Shown here in pieces: positions 27,816 through 38,056 of a DNA stretch of 64,000 nt. Position numbers and translations under genes: made by a program. Source of the stretch: Pseudomonadota bacterium (GTDB taxonomy: Bacteria > Pseudomonadota > Gammaproteobacteria > Burkholderiales > Burkholderiaceae_C); NCBI GenBank assembly GCA_052034395.1, contig JBPOIP010000030.1, forward strand, positions 25,753 to 89,752, read 5' to 3'. Under the pieces are notes generated by a model, which ran no database searches, was not told where the DNA came from, and saw only the letters and a list, made by a program, of their open reading frames with translations. How positions within the stretch are numbered: position 1 is the stretch's first letter; each line of letters starts with the position of its first letter.

Positions 27816-29327
27816 ATGGCCAGCGAAAAGATAACTGCGGTTCCCTTTGAGGAAATTGAACTCAAGCTTTGCCTCCCCTGTGCAGACCCTTCCATTCTGG
27901 AACCACTGCTGGTGGGGCTGCCCCTGCTAGCGCACTGCAAGGCCAGACGCGAACACCTGCACAACATCTATTTCGACACCCCGGACGATCTGCTGAACCG
28001 CCAGCGCACTGCCTTGCGCCTTCGCCGAATAGGCAGTGCGAAACAGCCGGTGTGGTTGCAAACGCTGAAGATGGGCGGCAACGGAGACTCGGCGCTGAGC
28101 CAGCGTGGCGAATGGGAGACACGGGTTTCCAAAGCCACACTGGAGTTTGGCATGCTGGAGGCGACCCCTTGGGCCCAAATGGATCCCGACGGCAGCCTGA
28201 TGCGCGCTCTGACGCCGCGATTTACCACTGACTTCACCCGAACCCTCTGGACCATTCGCAACCGCGATGACGCAAGCGTGGTTGAAATCGCCCTCGATCG
28301 GGGACACATTGATGTAAACGGCCAGAACACGCCGATTTGTGAGCTGGAGCTTGAACTCAAGGCGGGCGAGCCATCCGCCCTGTTTGCCATAGCTCGCCAG
28401 ATCGCCAGCGTGCTTGCCGTCATGCCACTGGCTGCCAGCAAGGCACAGCGCGGTTTTGCATTGGCAAACCACACGCTGGATCAACCGACACGTGCCAGGC
28501 CACCCGATCTGTCAACGGAGATGTCGCAATCCGAGGCGGCTCGTTGCGTGCTGCGTGACGTGCTGCACCATTTCAGCGCCAACCTCCACACTCTGCTCAC
28601 GTCAGACGACCCGGAGGTGGTGCACCAGACCCGTATTGCATGGCGACGCATGAAAGCGGCGCTCAGTGTTTTCAGGAAAACTCCGCTGGTTCAGGATGCA
28701 CCGACCTGGCACGCGTTGAAGCCTTTGCTGGATGGACTGGGGCGCTTGCGCGATCTGGAAGTTGCCAGCCTGCAAACCTTGCCCATGCTCGCCAATGCGT
28801 ATGTTGGCGCAAGTTCCAAACGAAAACAGCATTGGCATGCGCTGCAGGTCACGTTGGCACAGGCTGCAGCCAACCAACTCCAATGGGTGCGCGGTGCACT
28901 CCACAGCCCGGGCGCTGGAGGCACATTGCTGGCACTGACCGAATGGCTGGAAACCAAGCCTGCAGGTGCGCAATCAGGCGGCACGAAACGCAAGAATAAG
29001 GCCGCGTTGAGGCCGTGGGTGCGTCAGCGCATGGAGCGCCTGCGCGACCAAATCAAGCGCACACTGAAAAAAACGCCCAACGCCGCCAACCTGCATCGTG
29101 CCCGTCTATTGGCCAAACGGCTGCGCTACAGCGTTGAAGCATTTCGATCGGTACTGCCCAAACGGCGTGCACAACGGTGGCACCGACAGGCAAACCACCT
29201 GCAAAGCACCATCGGATCCGAGCGCGACCTGCAACAGGCGCTCGCCATTGCCAGGCAGCTCAAGGCACATTCTTCCGTGCTGAAATTCCTGAATGTGGTG
29301 TCGCTCGGGCGGCACCACGCGCGTTGA
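27816..29327 (+). CDS. CYTH + CHAD domain protein (triphosphate tunnel metalloenzyme with polyP-binding domain)
   Basis: EIELKL ExExK motif, YFDTP, ALRLRR, ICELELELK; CHAD motifs VHQTRIAWRR, LGRLRDLEV, LHRARLLAKRLRY. Confidence 0.9.
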   Translation: MASEKITAVPFEEIELKLCLPCADPSILEPLLVGLPLLAHCKARREHLHNIYFDTPDDLLNRQRTALRLRRIGSAKQPVWLQTLKMGGNGDSALSQRGEWETRVSKATLEFGMLEATPWAQMDPDGSLMRALTPRFTTDFTRTLWTIRNRDDASVVEIALDRGHIDVNGQNTPICELELELKAGEPSALFAIARQIASVLAVMPLAASKAQRGFALANHTLDQPTRARPPDLSTEMSQSEAARCVLRDVLHHFSANLHTLLTSDDPEVVHQTRIAWRRMKAALSVFRKTPLVQDAPTWHALKPLLDGLGRLRDLEVASLQTLPMLANAYVGASSKRKQHWHALQVTLAQAAANQLQWVRGALHSPGAGGTLLALTEWLETKPAGAQSGGTKRKNKAALRPWVRQRMERLRDQIKRTLKKTPNAANLHRARLLAKRLRYSVEAFRSVLPKRRAQRWHRQANHLQSTIGSERDLQQALAIARQLKAHSSVLKFLNVVSLGRHHAR

Positions 29328-29333
29328 ACAGCC

Positions 29334-29444
29334 TCACCCGCGCAATCGCCAGGCCTGATAGCGGGAGCGCTGCAGCGCAAACAGTTCCACCAGTCCCCGG
29401 GCGACGCTGCCGAGCAAGGCAAGATGCCGCACCGTCTTATTCAC
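29334..29444 (-). CDS. Putative 36-aa small protein
   Basis: GTG start with GGAG RBS, overlapping the stop of the upstream sORF; MNKTVRHLALLGSVARGLVELFALQRSRYQAWRLRG. Confidence 0.45.
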   Translation of the reverse strand: MNKTVRHLALLGSVARGLVELFALQRSRYQAWRLRG

Positions 29445-29568
29445 CGGGGTACTCCACGACTGGCTGCGGCAATCGGACGGATCGCCCGGACGACAATCCC
29501 AGGGTAACCCAACCGTCATCAAACAGGGCGTCGAGCTTTTTCTGCAATCCAAACAGCTTCCACAGCAT
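29437..29568 (-). CDS. Putative 43-aa small protein (not in the ORF track)
   Basis: GGGAG RBS plus ATG; MLWKLFGLQKKLDALFDDGWVTLGLSSGRSVRLPQPVVEYPGE. Confidence 0.45.
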   Translation of the reverse strand: MLWKLFGLQKKLDALFDDGWVTLGLSSGRSVRLPQPVVEYPGE

Positions 29569-29602
29569 GGCGCACTCCCAATTTCATGGTTAATGAATTG
29601 GT

Positions 29603-29636
29603 AATCTAGCTGTCAACTGTGACAGTTTTGAGTCAA
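29603..29636 (-). promoter_or_regulatory. Pho-type promoter candidate for the two sORFs
   Basis: Minus strand TTGACTC-AAAA-CTGTCAC, then 10 nt, then TAGATT; contains the palindrome CTGTCA-ACTG-TGACAG (29610-29625). Confidence 0.5.
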
Positions 29637-29746
29637 TCGCACATACCCTGCCACAGGGGTATGGCATGACGAAATGTTTGGCGTTGAAAGCTATGCTTGG
29701 GCAATAGCGCAAAAGAATCTTTTCGAGCAACCATGACCATGCCTTC

Positions 29747-30757
29747 ATGAACCATCTACCCGAGCTCGAAGCGCTTGAGCGCATCATTGACCTCGGCGGG
29801 ACGCAACTGGACGTGAATGTTGTGGACCGCGTGACACCGCACACAGGCGCCGATTTACCGCTGTATGCCATCCGCATGGGCAACCCAACGCCTGACGTTC
29901 CGGCCATCGGTTACTTTGGTGGTGTGCACGGACTCGAGCGCATTGGGGCCGAGGTGGTGATTGCCTTTTTGCACAGCCTGGTGATGCGACTGCAGTGGGA
30001 TACCACGCTGCACCAGCAACTTCAATCCGTGCGACTGATCTTCATGCCCATTGTCAATCCAGGGGGCATGCTGATGGGCACGCGCGCAAATCCGCACGGC
30101 GTCGACCTCATGCGCAACGCGCCAGTCGATGCGGTCGACACGGTTCCATTTCTGGTTGGTGGCCAGCGCATCAGTTCCGGCCTGCCCTGGTACCGCGGTA
30201 AACCGGACGCACCCATGGAGGCTGAGAACCAGGCACTATGCGACTTGGTCAACGCCGAATTGTTGAGCCGCAAGTTCAGCATGGCACTGGATTGTCACTC
30301 TGGCTTTGGCACACGTGACCGCATCTGGTTTCCGTACGCACACACCCGCAAGCCCATCGCCCATCTGGCTGAGATGCAGGCCTTGCGTGACGTGTTTTTG
30401 CAGACCTACAGCCACCACGCTTACGTGTTTGAACCGCAAAGCCTGCAATATCTGGCCCATGGTGATGTCTGGGACCACCTGTATCTGCAGGCAAGCAGTG
30501 ATGCGAATCGCGTGTTTTTACCACTGACGCTCGAAATGGGGTCCTGGCTATGGATCAAGAAAAATCCGCGCCAGATGTTTTCCCTGAAAGGCATATTCAA
30601 CCCGCTGATTGAGCACCGTCAGCACCGGGTATTGCGTCGCCACTTGTCGCTTCTGGACTTCCTGGCGCGCGCCGCCTGCAGCCAGGAGCGCTGGACGCCA
30701 ACCGCAAGCACCCGGGCAAAACTGCATACCGAGGCGCTGAATAATTGGTACGCATAG
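29747..30757 (+). CDS. M14-family zinc carboxypeptidase-like protein
   Basis: GGVHGLE (HxxE), RANPHGVDLMRN, LDCHSG, TLEMG. Confidence 0.8.
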   Translation: MNHLPELEALERIIDLGGTQLDVNVVDRVTPHTGADLPLYAIRMGNPTPDVPAIGYFGGVHGLERIGAEVVIAFLHSLVMRLQWDTTLHQQLQSVRLIFMPIVNPGGMLMGTRANPHGVDLMRNAPVDAVDTVPFLVGGQRISSGLPWYRGKPDAPMEAENQALCDLVNAELLSRKFSMALDCHSGFGTRDRIWFPYAHTRKPIAHLAEMQALRDVFLQTYSHHAYVFEPQSLQYLAHGDVWDHLYLQASSDANRVFLPLTLEMGSWLWIKKNPRQMFSLKGIFNPLIEHRQHRVLRRHLSLLDFLARAACSQERWTPTASTRAKLHTEALNNWYA

Positions 30758-30759
30758 CC

Positions 30760-31539
30760 ATGGCAATGTGGATTTTCTTGAGAGGATTGAGTCGTGAAGC
30801 GTCACATTGGGGAGGATTCGCAGTCGAATTTGAACGCGCCATCCCGCAGGCACAGGTTGCGGCCCTGGATTTGCCTGGCAACGGCGCCCTGAGGCACATT
30901 GCCAGTCCGCTGTCCATTGCACAGTTGGTCATTCATTGCCGCGAAGAACTTCAACGCAGAGGAATACCGCCGCCCTACCATGTGCTTGCCGTGTCCATGG
31001 GCGCCATGGTCGCTGCACAATGGGCTTGTGATGCGCCGGCCGAGATCGCCGCTGCCGTGATGATCAACACGAGCTTTAAGCCCTTTAGCCCATTTCATGC
31101 CCGCCTGCGACCGGAAAACTATGGCCGCTTGCTGCGCATGATGCTGCCGGGTACCTCGGCACAGACGCTGGAAACCACGGTACTGGAACTCACCAGCAAC
31201 GCCCCCAAATGCCATAAAAACGTGCTCCCGCAATGGGTTGGCATACGGCAATCGAACCCAGTGACTCTCTCCAATACCCTGCGTCAACTTGTGGCAGCAG
31301 CGCGCTATCGTGCACCTGCCCGTCGACCCGAAAGTCCGGTTTTACTATTGGGAAGCAGCCGCGACAAACTGGTCAATGTCCAGTGCATGCACGACATCGC
31401 ACGGCACTGGAATTGCGCTCTGGCCCTGCATCCGCAAGCAGGCCATGATCTGCCGCTCGATGACCCGCAATGGGTCATTCAGAAGGTTTACGAATGGCTG
31501 ACAGAAAACGTTGCCTTCAGTCCAGCCACTTTTGCATGA
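30760..31539 (+). CDS. Alpha/beta-fold hydrolase
   Basis: LDLPGNG, AVSMGAM nucleophile elbow, RDKLV, AGHDLPLDDP; starts 2 nt after the M14 stop. Confidence 0.85.
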   Translation: MAMWIFLRGLSREASHWGGFAVEFERAIPQAQVAALDLPGNGALRHIASPLSIAQLVIHCREELQRRGIPPPYHVLAVSMGAMVAAQWACDAPAEIAAAVMINTSFKPFSPFHARLRPENYGRLLRMMLPGTSAQTLETTVLELTSNAPKCHKNVLPQWVGIRQSNPVTLSNTLRQLVAAARYRAPARRPESPVLLLGSSRDKLVNVQCMHDIARHWNCALALHPQAGHDLPLDDPQWVIQKVYEWLTENVAFSPATFA

Positions 31540-31999
31540 ACTGCGCCTGCCCCATGGCCGGGTCAAGTTCATAGTTGGCGAAACCCAGGCGCCGGTAGAG
31601 TCGTTGCGCAGCTGCATTGCCTTGCAAAACCTCCAGCGTCAGCTTGCATGCACTACGCTCACGCGCCATCTCCTGCACGAGCAACAGCATTTTTTCTGCG
31701 ACACCTTGCCCACGATACCCGGGCAACACTGCAACATCGTGCACATTGACCAATGGGCGGCAGGCAAAGGTCGAAAAGCCTTCGATGCAGTTCACCAAAC
31801 CCACCGGCATATCGGCATCAAAAGCCAGCACGCTATAGGCTTGCGGCCGGGCCGCGAGTGCGGCCACCAGGTGACTCCTGGAAAACTCGCTCAAGGGGTG
31901 ACCGCCGCCCATGGGATCACGCGCATAGGCATCCAGTACCGCGACAAGCGCTGCAGCGTGTGCCGGGTTGGAATAGTCGGCGCGACAGATGTACACCAT
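31517..31999 (-). CDS. GNAT family N-acetyltransferase
   Basis: NVHDVAVLPGYRGQGVA acetyl-CoA motif, LEVLQGN..AQRLYRRLGF. Confidence 0.88.
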   Translation of the reverse strand: MVYICRADYSNPAHAAALVAVLDAYARDPMGGGHPLSEFSRSHLVAALAARPQAYSVLAFDADMPVGLVNCIEGFSTFACRPLVNVHDVAVLPGYRGQGVAEKMLLLVQEMARERSACKLTLEVLQGNAAAQRLYRRLGFANYELDPAMGQAQFMQKWLD

Positions 32000-32050
32000 A
32001 AATACTGCGTGGTTATTGCCGCATGGAAGCTGGGGTGACCAACTGCCGCC

Positions 32051-33382
32051 TCAGGTCACCAGCGTATCTGCGATGCGCTGTGCACAGCCCTTGGCCTGCA
32101 CCAGCTCCCGTGCCTCTACCATGACGCGCACAAGGGGTTCTGTGCCACTCGCACGGATCAGAACACGCCCTGTGTCACCCAATTCCGCTTCCACGGCACG
32201 GGTTTCCTGTTCAAGACGCACATTGCTCTTCCAGTCCTGACCCGGCTTGAGTCGCACATTGATCAATACCTGTGGAAAAAGCGTCACCGATTCCAAAAGC
32301 TGCGCCAGCGACTTCCCGCTGCGCTGCACGGCCTGGAGAACTTGCAGAGAAGAAATCAGCCCATCGCCGGTGGTGTGCTTGTCCAGAACCAGCAAATGCC
32401 CGGAACCTTCACCACCCAAGAGCCAGTTGTGCTTTTCCAGCTCTTCAAGCACATAGCGATCACCCACCTTGGCACGCACAAACTGAACGCCACGCGCTTT
32501 CAATGCAACTTCGACCGCCATATTGGTCATCAGGGTACCGACTACACCAGCAAGGGGTTCGTTGCGCAGCAAGCGCTCGTCCGCCATGAGGTAGAGTAAC
32601 TCATCGCCGTTGTACAGCCGTCCACCGGCATCCACCACCTGAAGCCGATCGGCGTCACCATCCAAAGCCACCCCAAAGTCAGCACGGTGCGCTTTGACGG
32701 CATCGACCAACGCTTGAGGATGGGTCGCGCCTACATTCTGATTGATATTGAGTCCATCGGGCGAACAGCCAATGGCAACGACTTCCGCCCCCAACTCGTG
32801 AAATACCATGGGCGCAATGTTGTACGCAGCACCATGTGCCGCATCCACGACAATGCGCATCCCTTTGAGCGTCAGATCGTGCGCAAAAGTGCTCTTGCAA
32901 AACTCGATATAGCGTCCTGCCGCGTCGTCCAGTCGACGGGTTTTGCCCAATGAAGCTGAATCTGCCCAGAGCGGCGGCTCTTCCAGAGCAGCTTCCACAG
33001 ACCGCTCCCACTCGTCGGATAGTTTGGTGCCCTGAGCACTGAAAAACTTGATTCCGTTGTCACCAAACGGATTGTGGCTCGCGCTGATCACGACACCCAA
33101 CGAAGCACGCTGTGCCCGCGTCAAATAGGCAACGCCCGGCGTTGGCAAGGGTCCGAGCAGCACCACATCCACGCCTGCAGAATTGAAGCCGCTCTCCAGT
33201 GCGCTTTCCAGCATGTAGCCCGAAATCCGTGTGTCCTTGCCAATCAGTACGACGGGTCTGGATTCCGACTGCTTGAGAACCCGTCCCACCGCGTGGGCAA
33301 GGCGCATCACAAAATCGGGGGTGATGGGGGCCTGGCCGACCGTGCCGCGGATACCGTCAGTGCCGAAATATTTTCTGGTCAT
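32051..33382 (-). CDS. glmM: Phosphoglucosamine mutase
   Basis: [37 protein letters not shown]. Confidence 0.97.
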   Translation of the reverse strand: MTRKYFGTDGIRGTVGQAPITPDFVMRLAHAVGRVLKQSESRPVVLIGKDTRISGYMLESALESGFNSAGVDVVLLGPLPTPGVAYLTRAQRASLGVVISASHNPFGDNGIKFFSAQGTKLSDEWERSVEAALEEPPLWADSASLGKTRRLDDAAGRYIEFCKSTFAHDLTLKGMRIVVDAAHGAAYNIAPMVFHELGAEVVAIGCSPDGLNINQNVGATHPQALVDAVKAHRADFGVALDGDADRLQVVDAGGRLYNGDELLYLMADERLLRNEPLAGVVGTLMTNMAVEVALKARGVQFVRAKVGDRYVLEELEKHNWLLGGEGSGHLLVLDKHTTGDGLISSLQVLQAVQRSGKSLAQLLESVTLFPQVLINVRLKPGQDWKSNVRLEQETRAVEAELGDTGRVLIRASGTEPLVRVMVEARELVQAKGCAQRIADTLVT

Positions 33383-34260
33383 GTTTTTCCTTCCTCCTGT
33401 TGCATGGCAGCAAGCACGCGAAGTGCTTGCACTGTTTCTTTTACATCATGGACACGCACCACGTGCGCTCCGTTTTGAACCGCGAGTACTGCCGCAGTCA
33501 CGCTGGGCGCCAGCCGGCCCTGATTGTCAAGCGTGGCAACGTTCGACAAATTGCGTTCCGTCACGGCCGCAAGTGACGATTTCCGGGACCACCCGGCGAC
33601 GACACCATATCCTAGCGCCACAAGTTCCGGTTGGTGTGCCAGCAACGCAAAGTTTTGCCTGACCGTCTTCCCAAAGCCTATGCCAGGATCGAGGCAAATG
33701 CGCGCCTTATCCATACCCAGCTCCTGCAAATTGGACGCCGTCTGCTTCAAAAATGAGAGCACTTGATCGATAACGTCACCCTCCATGGGGGCCAGTTGCA
33801 TGCTCCCTGGATCGCGATGCATATGCATCAGGCATAGGCCGCAGTTGGCGTGGCGCATCACCACATCGCGCGCTGTTAAATCAGGTGATTCGGAACTCCA
33901 TCGCAAAGCCCAAACGTCATTGACGATGTCTGCGCCCAGGTCCAGTACCGCTTGCATCACTTGGGGCTTGTACGTATCAACCGAGACCGGAACTCCCAGC
34001 GTGACAGCGAACCGCACAACGGGCAGGATCCGTTCAAGTTCCTGATCAACCGGTAAGGGCCTTGCGCCAGGTCGGGTCGACTCACCACCAATATCCAGAA
34101 TATCCGCGCCATCCTTGAGCAGTCGCTCGCAATGCGCCAAAGCCGCATCCCGGCTTAGATGGAAACCCCCATCGGAAAATGAGTCCGGGGTGACGTTGAC
34201 GATGCCCATCACCCGGGGCTGCCTCAGGTCGATAGAAAAACGGGCCGTTTGCCAATGCAT
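33379..34260 (-). CDS. folP: Dihydropteroate synthase
   Basis: [44 protein letters not shown]. Confidence 0.97.
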   Translation of the reverse strand: MHWQTARFSIDLRQPRVMGIVNVTPDSFSDGGFHLSRDAALAHCERLLKDGADILDIGGESTRPGARPLPVDQELERILPVVRFAVTLGVPVSVDTYKPQVMQAVLDLGADIVNDVWALRWSSESPDLTARDVVMRHANCGLCLMHMHRDPGSMQLAPMEGDVIDQVLSFLKQTASNLQELGMDKARICLDPGIGFGKTVRQNFALLAHQPELVALGYGVVAGWSRKSSLAAVTERNLSNVATLDNQGRLAPSVTAAVLAVQNGAHVVRVHDVKETVQALRVLAAMQQEEGKT

Positions 34261-34285
34261 GAGTTCTCCAATGCGCATGTGCCAT

Positions 34286-34310
34286 AAGAAACGGGGCACA
34301 AGGCCCCGTA
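34286..34310 (-). terminator. Intrinsic terminator after ftsH
   Basis: Minus strand ACGGGGC-loop-GCCCCGT-TTCTT. Confidence 0.7.
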
Positions 34311-34327
34311 AGTCATGTGTGACTCAA

Positions 34328-36244
34328 TCAGGCAACCGTGGGTGCCGCATCGGCAGCAACAGCCGGAGAACCACCGCTGCCACCGCCACCGGAACTCGGC
34401 GAGCGCGGAGTCCAGTCTTTGGGTGGACGGGGCTCCTTGCCGCCCATAATGTCATCAAGCTGATCGCTGTCAATGGTTTCCCACTCCATCAGCGCTTTCG
34501 CCATGCTGTGCATCTTGTCCTTGTTGTCCTCAATGAGCTTGCGCGCCAGCGCATACTGCTGGTCGATAATCCTGCGGACCTCAGAGTCCACTTTCTGCAT
34601 GGTGGACTCGCTCATGTTCGTAGTCTTGGTCACCGAACGCCCCAGGAACACCTCACCCTCATTTTCGGCATACACCATGGGGCCAAGCGCATCGGTCATT
34701 CCATAACGGGTGACCATGTCACGCGCAATGTGTGTCGCACGTTCGAAATCGTTGCTGGCACCGGTGGTCATCTGGTTCATGAACACTTCTTCGGCAATAC
34801 GACCTCCAAACAGCATGCTGATCTGGTTGAGCATGTATTCGCTGTCATAACTGTACCGATCTTGCGCGGGCAGGCTCATAGTGACGCCCAGCGCGCGGCC
34901 GCGGGGAATGATGGTGACTTTGTGAACCGGATCGCACTTGGGCAGCATCTTGCCAATCAACGCGTGACCGGACTCGTGGTAGGCCGTATTGCGACGCTCC
35001 TCCTCGGGCATGACCATGCTCTTGCGCTCGGGGCCCATCAGAATCTTGTCTTTGGCTTTCTCGAAGTCCTGCATTTCCACTACACGTGCATTACGACGCG
35101 CAGCCATCAATGCAGCCTCGTTGCACAGGTTGGCCAGATCTGCGCCCGACATGCCAGGTGTACCGCGGGCGATCACGGAGGGACTGACGTCTTGGCCCAA
35201 GGGAACCTTGCGCATGTGCACGTTCAGAATCTGCTCACGGCCCCGGATATCCGGCAGCGTCACATACACCTGGCGGTCGAAGCGACCGGGGCGCAACAAG
35301 GCGGCATCCAGAATGTCAGGGCGGTTGGTGGCGGCCACCACAATCACGCCGACATTGGTCTCAAATCCGTCCATCTCGACCAACATCTGGTTGAGCGTCT
35401 GTTCACGCTCATCATTGCCACCACCTAGTCCGGCACCGCGCTGGCGACCTACCGCGTCAATTTCATCGATGAAGATGATGCAAGGCGCATTCTTTTTGGC
35501 ATTGTCAAACATGTCGCGCACACGGGATGCGCCGACGCCAACAAACATTTCCACGAAATCAGAACCCGAGATGCTGAAGAATGGCACCTTGGCCTCACCA
35601 GCAATGGACTTGGCCAACAAGGTCTTTCCGGTTCCGGGCGGACCTACCAGCAGCAAGCCACGCGGAATACGGCCGCCGAGCTTCTGGAATTTGCTGGGAT
35701 CCTTGAGAAAGTCCACGACTTCCTTGACCTCTTCCTTGGCTTCATCACACCCCGCAACGTCGGCAAAAGTAACCGTATTGGTGTTTTCGTCAAGCAGACG
35801 TGCCTTGCTCTTTCCAAAGCTGAATGCACCACCCTTGCCTCCGCCCTGCATCTGGCGCATGAAATAAATCCAGACCCCGACCAGCAAGAGCATGGGGCCC
35901 CAACTGACCAGCAAAGTCATCAGCAAAGAGCCTTCCTCACGGGGTTTGACGTCAAACTTGACACCGTTGCTGATCAAATCCCCGACGAGACCACGGTCCA
36001 GGTAAGTGGCAGTTGTGCGGATCCTCCTGTCATCGGTCGTGATCGCCAGAATTTCGGTTCCACCCTGCCCCTCCTGGATGACGGCGCTCTTGATGTGCTT
36101 ATTGCGCACCTCTTCGAGAAAGTCGGAGTAACCCAACATGCTCGCGCCAGCCGTGCCCCGCGTATCAAATTGCTTGAACACGGTAAATAGCACCAAGCCA
36201 ATCACCAACCAAACTGCAACTTTCGAAAACCACTGATTATTCAA
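34328..36244 (-). CDS. ftsH: ATP-dependent zinc metalloprotease FtsH
   Basis: [28 protein letters not shown]; TTG start after GGAG. Confidence 0.98.
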   Translation of the reverse strand: MNNQWFSKVAVWLVIGLVLFTVFKQFDTRGTAGASMLGYSDFLEEVRNKHIKSAVIQEGQGGTEILAITTDDRRIRTTATYLDRGLVGDLISNGVKFDVKPREEGSLLMTLLVSWGPMLLLVGVWIYFMRQMQGGGKGGAFSFGKSKARLLDENTNTVTFADVAGCDEAKEEVKEVVDFLKDPSKFQKLGGRIPRGLLLVGPPGTGKTLLAKSIAGEAKVPFFSISGSDFVEMFVGVGASRVRDMFDNAKKNAPCIIFIDEIDAVGRQRGAGLGGGNDEREQTLNQMLVEMDGFETNVGVIVVAATNRPDILDAALLRPGRFDRQVYVTLPDIRGREQILNVHMRKVPLGQDVSPSVIARGTPGMSGADLANLCNEAALMAARRNARVVEMQDFEKAKDKILMGPERKSMVMPEEERRNTAYHESGHALIGKMLPKCDPVHKVTIIPRGRALGVTMSLPAQDRYSYDSEYMLNQISMLFGGRIAEEVFMNQMTTGASNDFERATHIARDMVTRYGMTDALGPMVYAENEGEVFLGRSVTKTTNMSESTMQKVDSEVRRIIDQQYALARKLIEDNKDKMHSMAKALMEWETIDSDQLDDIMGGKEPRPPKDWTPRSPSSGGGGSGGSPAVAADAAPTVA

Positions 36245-36411
36245 GCGACGCTCCAATAGGGCACAAGTAGAGACACCATGCGTATCTAGGCCTCATTTTA
36301 GGCGTTTCAAGCTGGGCGGCGTGGTATTTTCCGGTTTTCTGCCACATATACCGCAAGGTTATGTCGCGGCAATGAACCCAGCGGCAATTACATCCACCAG
36401 CAGCCGGCAAA

Positions 36412-37065
36412 CTACTTCAAGCCCATGCCCACCAAAAATGTCTCCGAAGATCTATCACGCGAGGCCTTTGGCTTGAAAGGCTTCACGACCTGAAATGCAT
36501 TCTTGAAGTGCTGCACAACATCGGCGTAGCTGGAGCCATGAAATACCTTGGCCACCAGAACACCCTGACGTTTCATGTGATTTTGCGAAAACTCAACGGC
36601 CAGTTCCACGAGATGCTCGATACGCGCCGCATCAGCAGACGCTATGCCAGATAGATTGGGCGCCATATCGGACACAACGATGTCAGCTTGACGTCCGTCA
36701 AGTGCCAGCTCGAGTTGCGCCAGTACAGCGGCCTCCCGGAAATCGCCCTGAATAAACCGCACGCCTTCAATCGGTTCCATGGGCAACAAATCCAGACCGA
36801 TGATTGTCCCATTCAAGTCACCCACTGCAGCACCTGTTGGTGACAGGCGTCGGCGTACATACTGACTCCATGCACCGGGTGCACAGCCAAGGTCAACAAC
36901 AAGATTACCAGGCTTCACCAAGCCCAATGTTTCATCGATTTCCTTGAGTTTGTAGGCTGCGCGGGCCCGATAGCCCTCCCGATTCGCCAGTTTGACATAG
37001 GGATCATTGATGTGATCGTGCAACCAGGCCTTGTTGACTTTCTTGCTGCTCGTTTTGGTTTTCAT
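36412..37065 (-). CDS. rlmE: 23S rRNA methyltransferase RlmE (FtsJ)
   Basis: [37 protein letters not shown]. Confidence 0.96.
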   Translation of the reverse strand: MKTKTSSKKVNKAWLHDHINDPYVKLANREGYRARAAYKLKEIDETLGLVKPGNLVVDLGCAPGAWSQYVRRRLSPTGAAVGDLNGTIIGLDLLPMEPIEGVRFIQGDFREAAVLAQLELALDGRQADIVVSDMAPNLSGIASADAARIEHLVELAVEFSQNHMKRQGVLVAKVFHGSSYADVVQHFKNAFQVVKPFKPKASRDRSSETFLVGMGLK

Positions 37066-37083
37066 TGGGGGGATAATAGCTGC

Positions 37084-37560
37084 ATGCCCCAAATTCAACT
37101 CACGCCCGCCCAACGCAAGGAACACCGCGCGGAGGCCCACCACCTGGATCCTGTTGTCATGGTCGGGAGCGATGGCCTGACCGACAACGTAAAAAAGGAA
37201 GTCGACTCAGCCCTGAACGCCCACGGTCTGATCAAAGTGCGCATCTTTTCGGATGACCGCGCGTCCCGCGAAGCCATGTTTCAGTTACTGGCAGACGAAC
37301 TGAGCGCAGCTCCGATCCAGCATATCGGAAAGTTACTTGTACTCTGGCGCCCCCGGGTAGACAAGGAGAAGGTCGTCGATGAAGACCGCATGTCTGGTCC
37401 GCGCGATGTCAAGGTGCTGAAATACAGCAAACGTGCTGGCCAGCGGCCGGAGGTCAAGACTTTGAGGGTCCTGGGGAACCAGCGACTTACTGCCGGTGGC
37501 AATGTCAAACGCGCCAAGCCCAAGCCAAAAGTAAGCCTGAAAAAACGCAGCCAAAGCTGA
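37084..37560 (+). CDS. yhbY: YhbY/CRM RNA-binding protein with basic C-terminal tail
   Basis: [30 protein letters not shown]. Confidence 0.9.
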   Translation: MPQIQLTPAQRKEHRAEAHHLDPVVMVGSDGLTDNVKKEVDSALNAHGLIKVRIFSDDRASREAMFQLLADELSAAPIQHIGKLLVLWRPRVDKEKVVDEDRMSGPRDVKVLKYSKRAGQRPEVKTLRVLGNQRLTAGGNVKRAKPKPKVSLKKRSQS

Positions 37561-37615
37561 CGCCGTCGGCGTGAAGTGGACAGCGCGTATGGCAGCGCCT
37601 GTATCCAGCAGTCGA

Positions 37616-38056
37616 TTAGGCTGTCCGTTCGATTCTGCGTTCACCCGTCAGTTTGGCGAGAACCACAGCGGCACAGATCCATTGCAAGAAGTACATGGCA
37701 CTGCCGACCCGGTGCCACAGCGCCAGATTGTCACGGGCGACAATGCGCGGCGACACCGCAAACTCAACCAGCAAGGCGAACAACACGCCAGCCACTGTAA
37801 AAAGTGTAGCAATCGGCGCAATATCGACAAGGGTCGAAGCCGAATTCGACCGAAACAAGATCAGCAGCAACATACCGCACGCAGCGGAAATAGCGGTTTG
37901 AACTGAAAACAGTTTGGCTGCCATCGACCCGGCCAGGGCGGGACTGGGCAAATGCATGAAGAGCATCGGAACCACAAAAAAACCCAACGTGGTCAAACTG
38001 CCCCACCAGACAGCACCAACCCATACAGGCAGAACGCGCGTCATTGCTAGCGACAT
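37616..38056 (-). CDS. DUF4149-like membrane protein
   Basis: FVVPMLF..LP..A.AG.MAAKLF; four TM segments; W...H near the C-terminus. Confidence 0.7.
   Translation of the reverse strand: MSLAMTRVLPVWVGAVWWGSLTTLGFFVVPMLFMHLPSPALAGSMAAKLFSVQTAISAACGMLLLILFRSNSASTLVDIAPIATLFTVAGVLFALLVEFAVSPRIVARDNLALWHRVGSAMYFLQWICAAVVLAKLTGERRIERTA

Noticed and set aside
34115-35428. 437-aa ORF antisense to ftsH (similar shadows over rho, pstS, ppk1 and the AddB-like gene)
   Set aside because: Complementary-frame artefacts over clearly recognisable genes.
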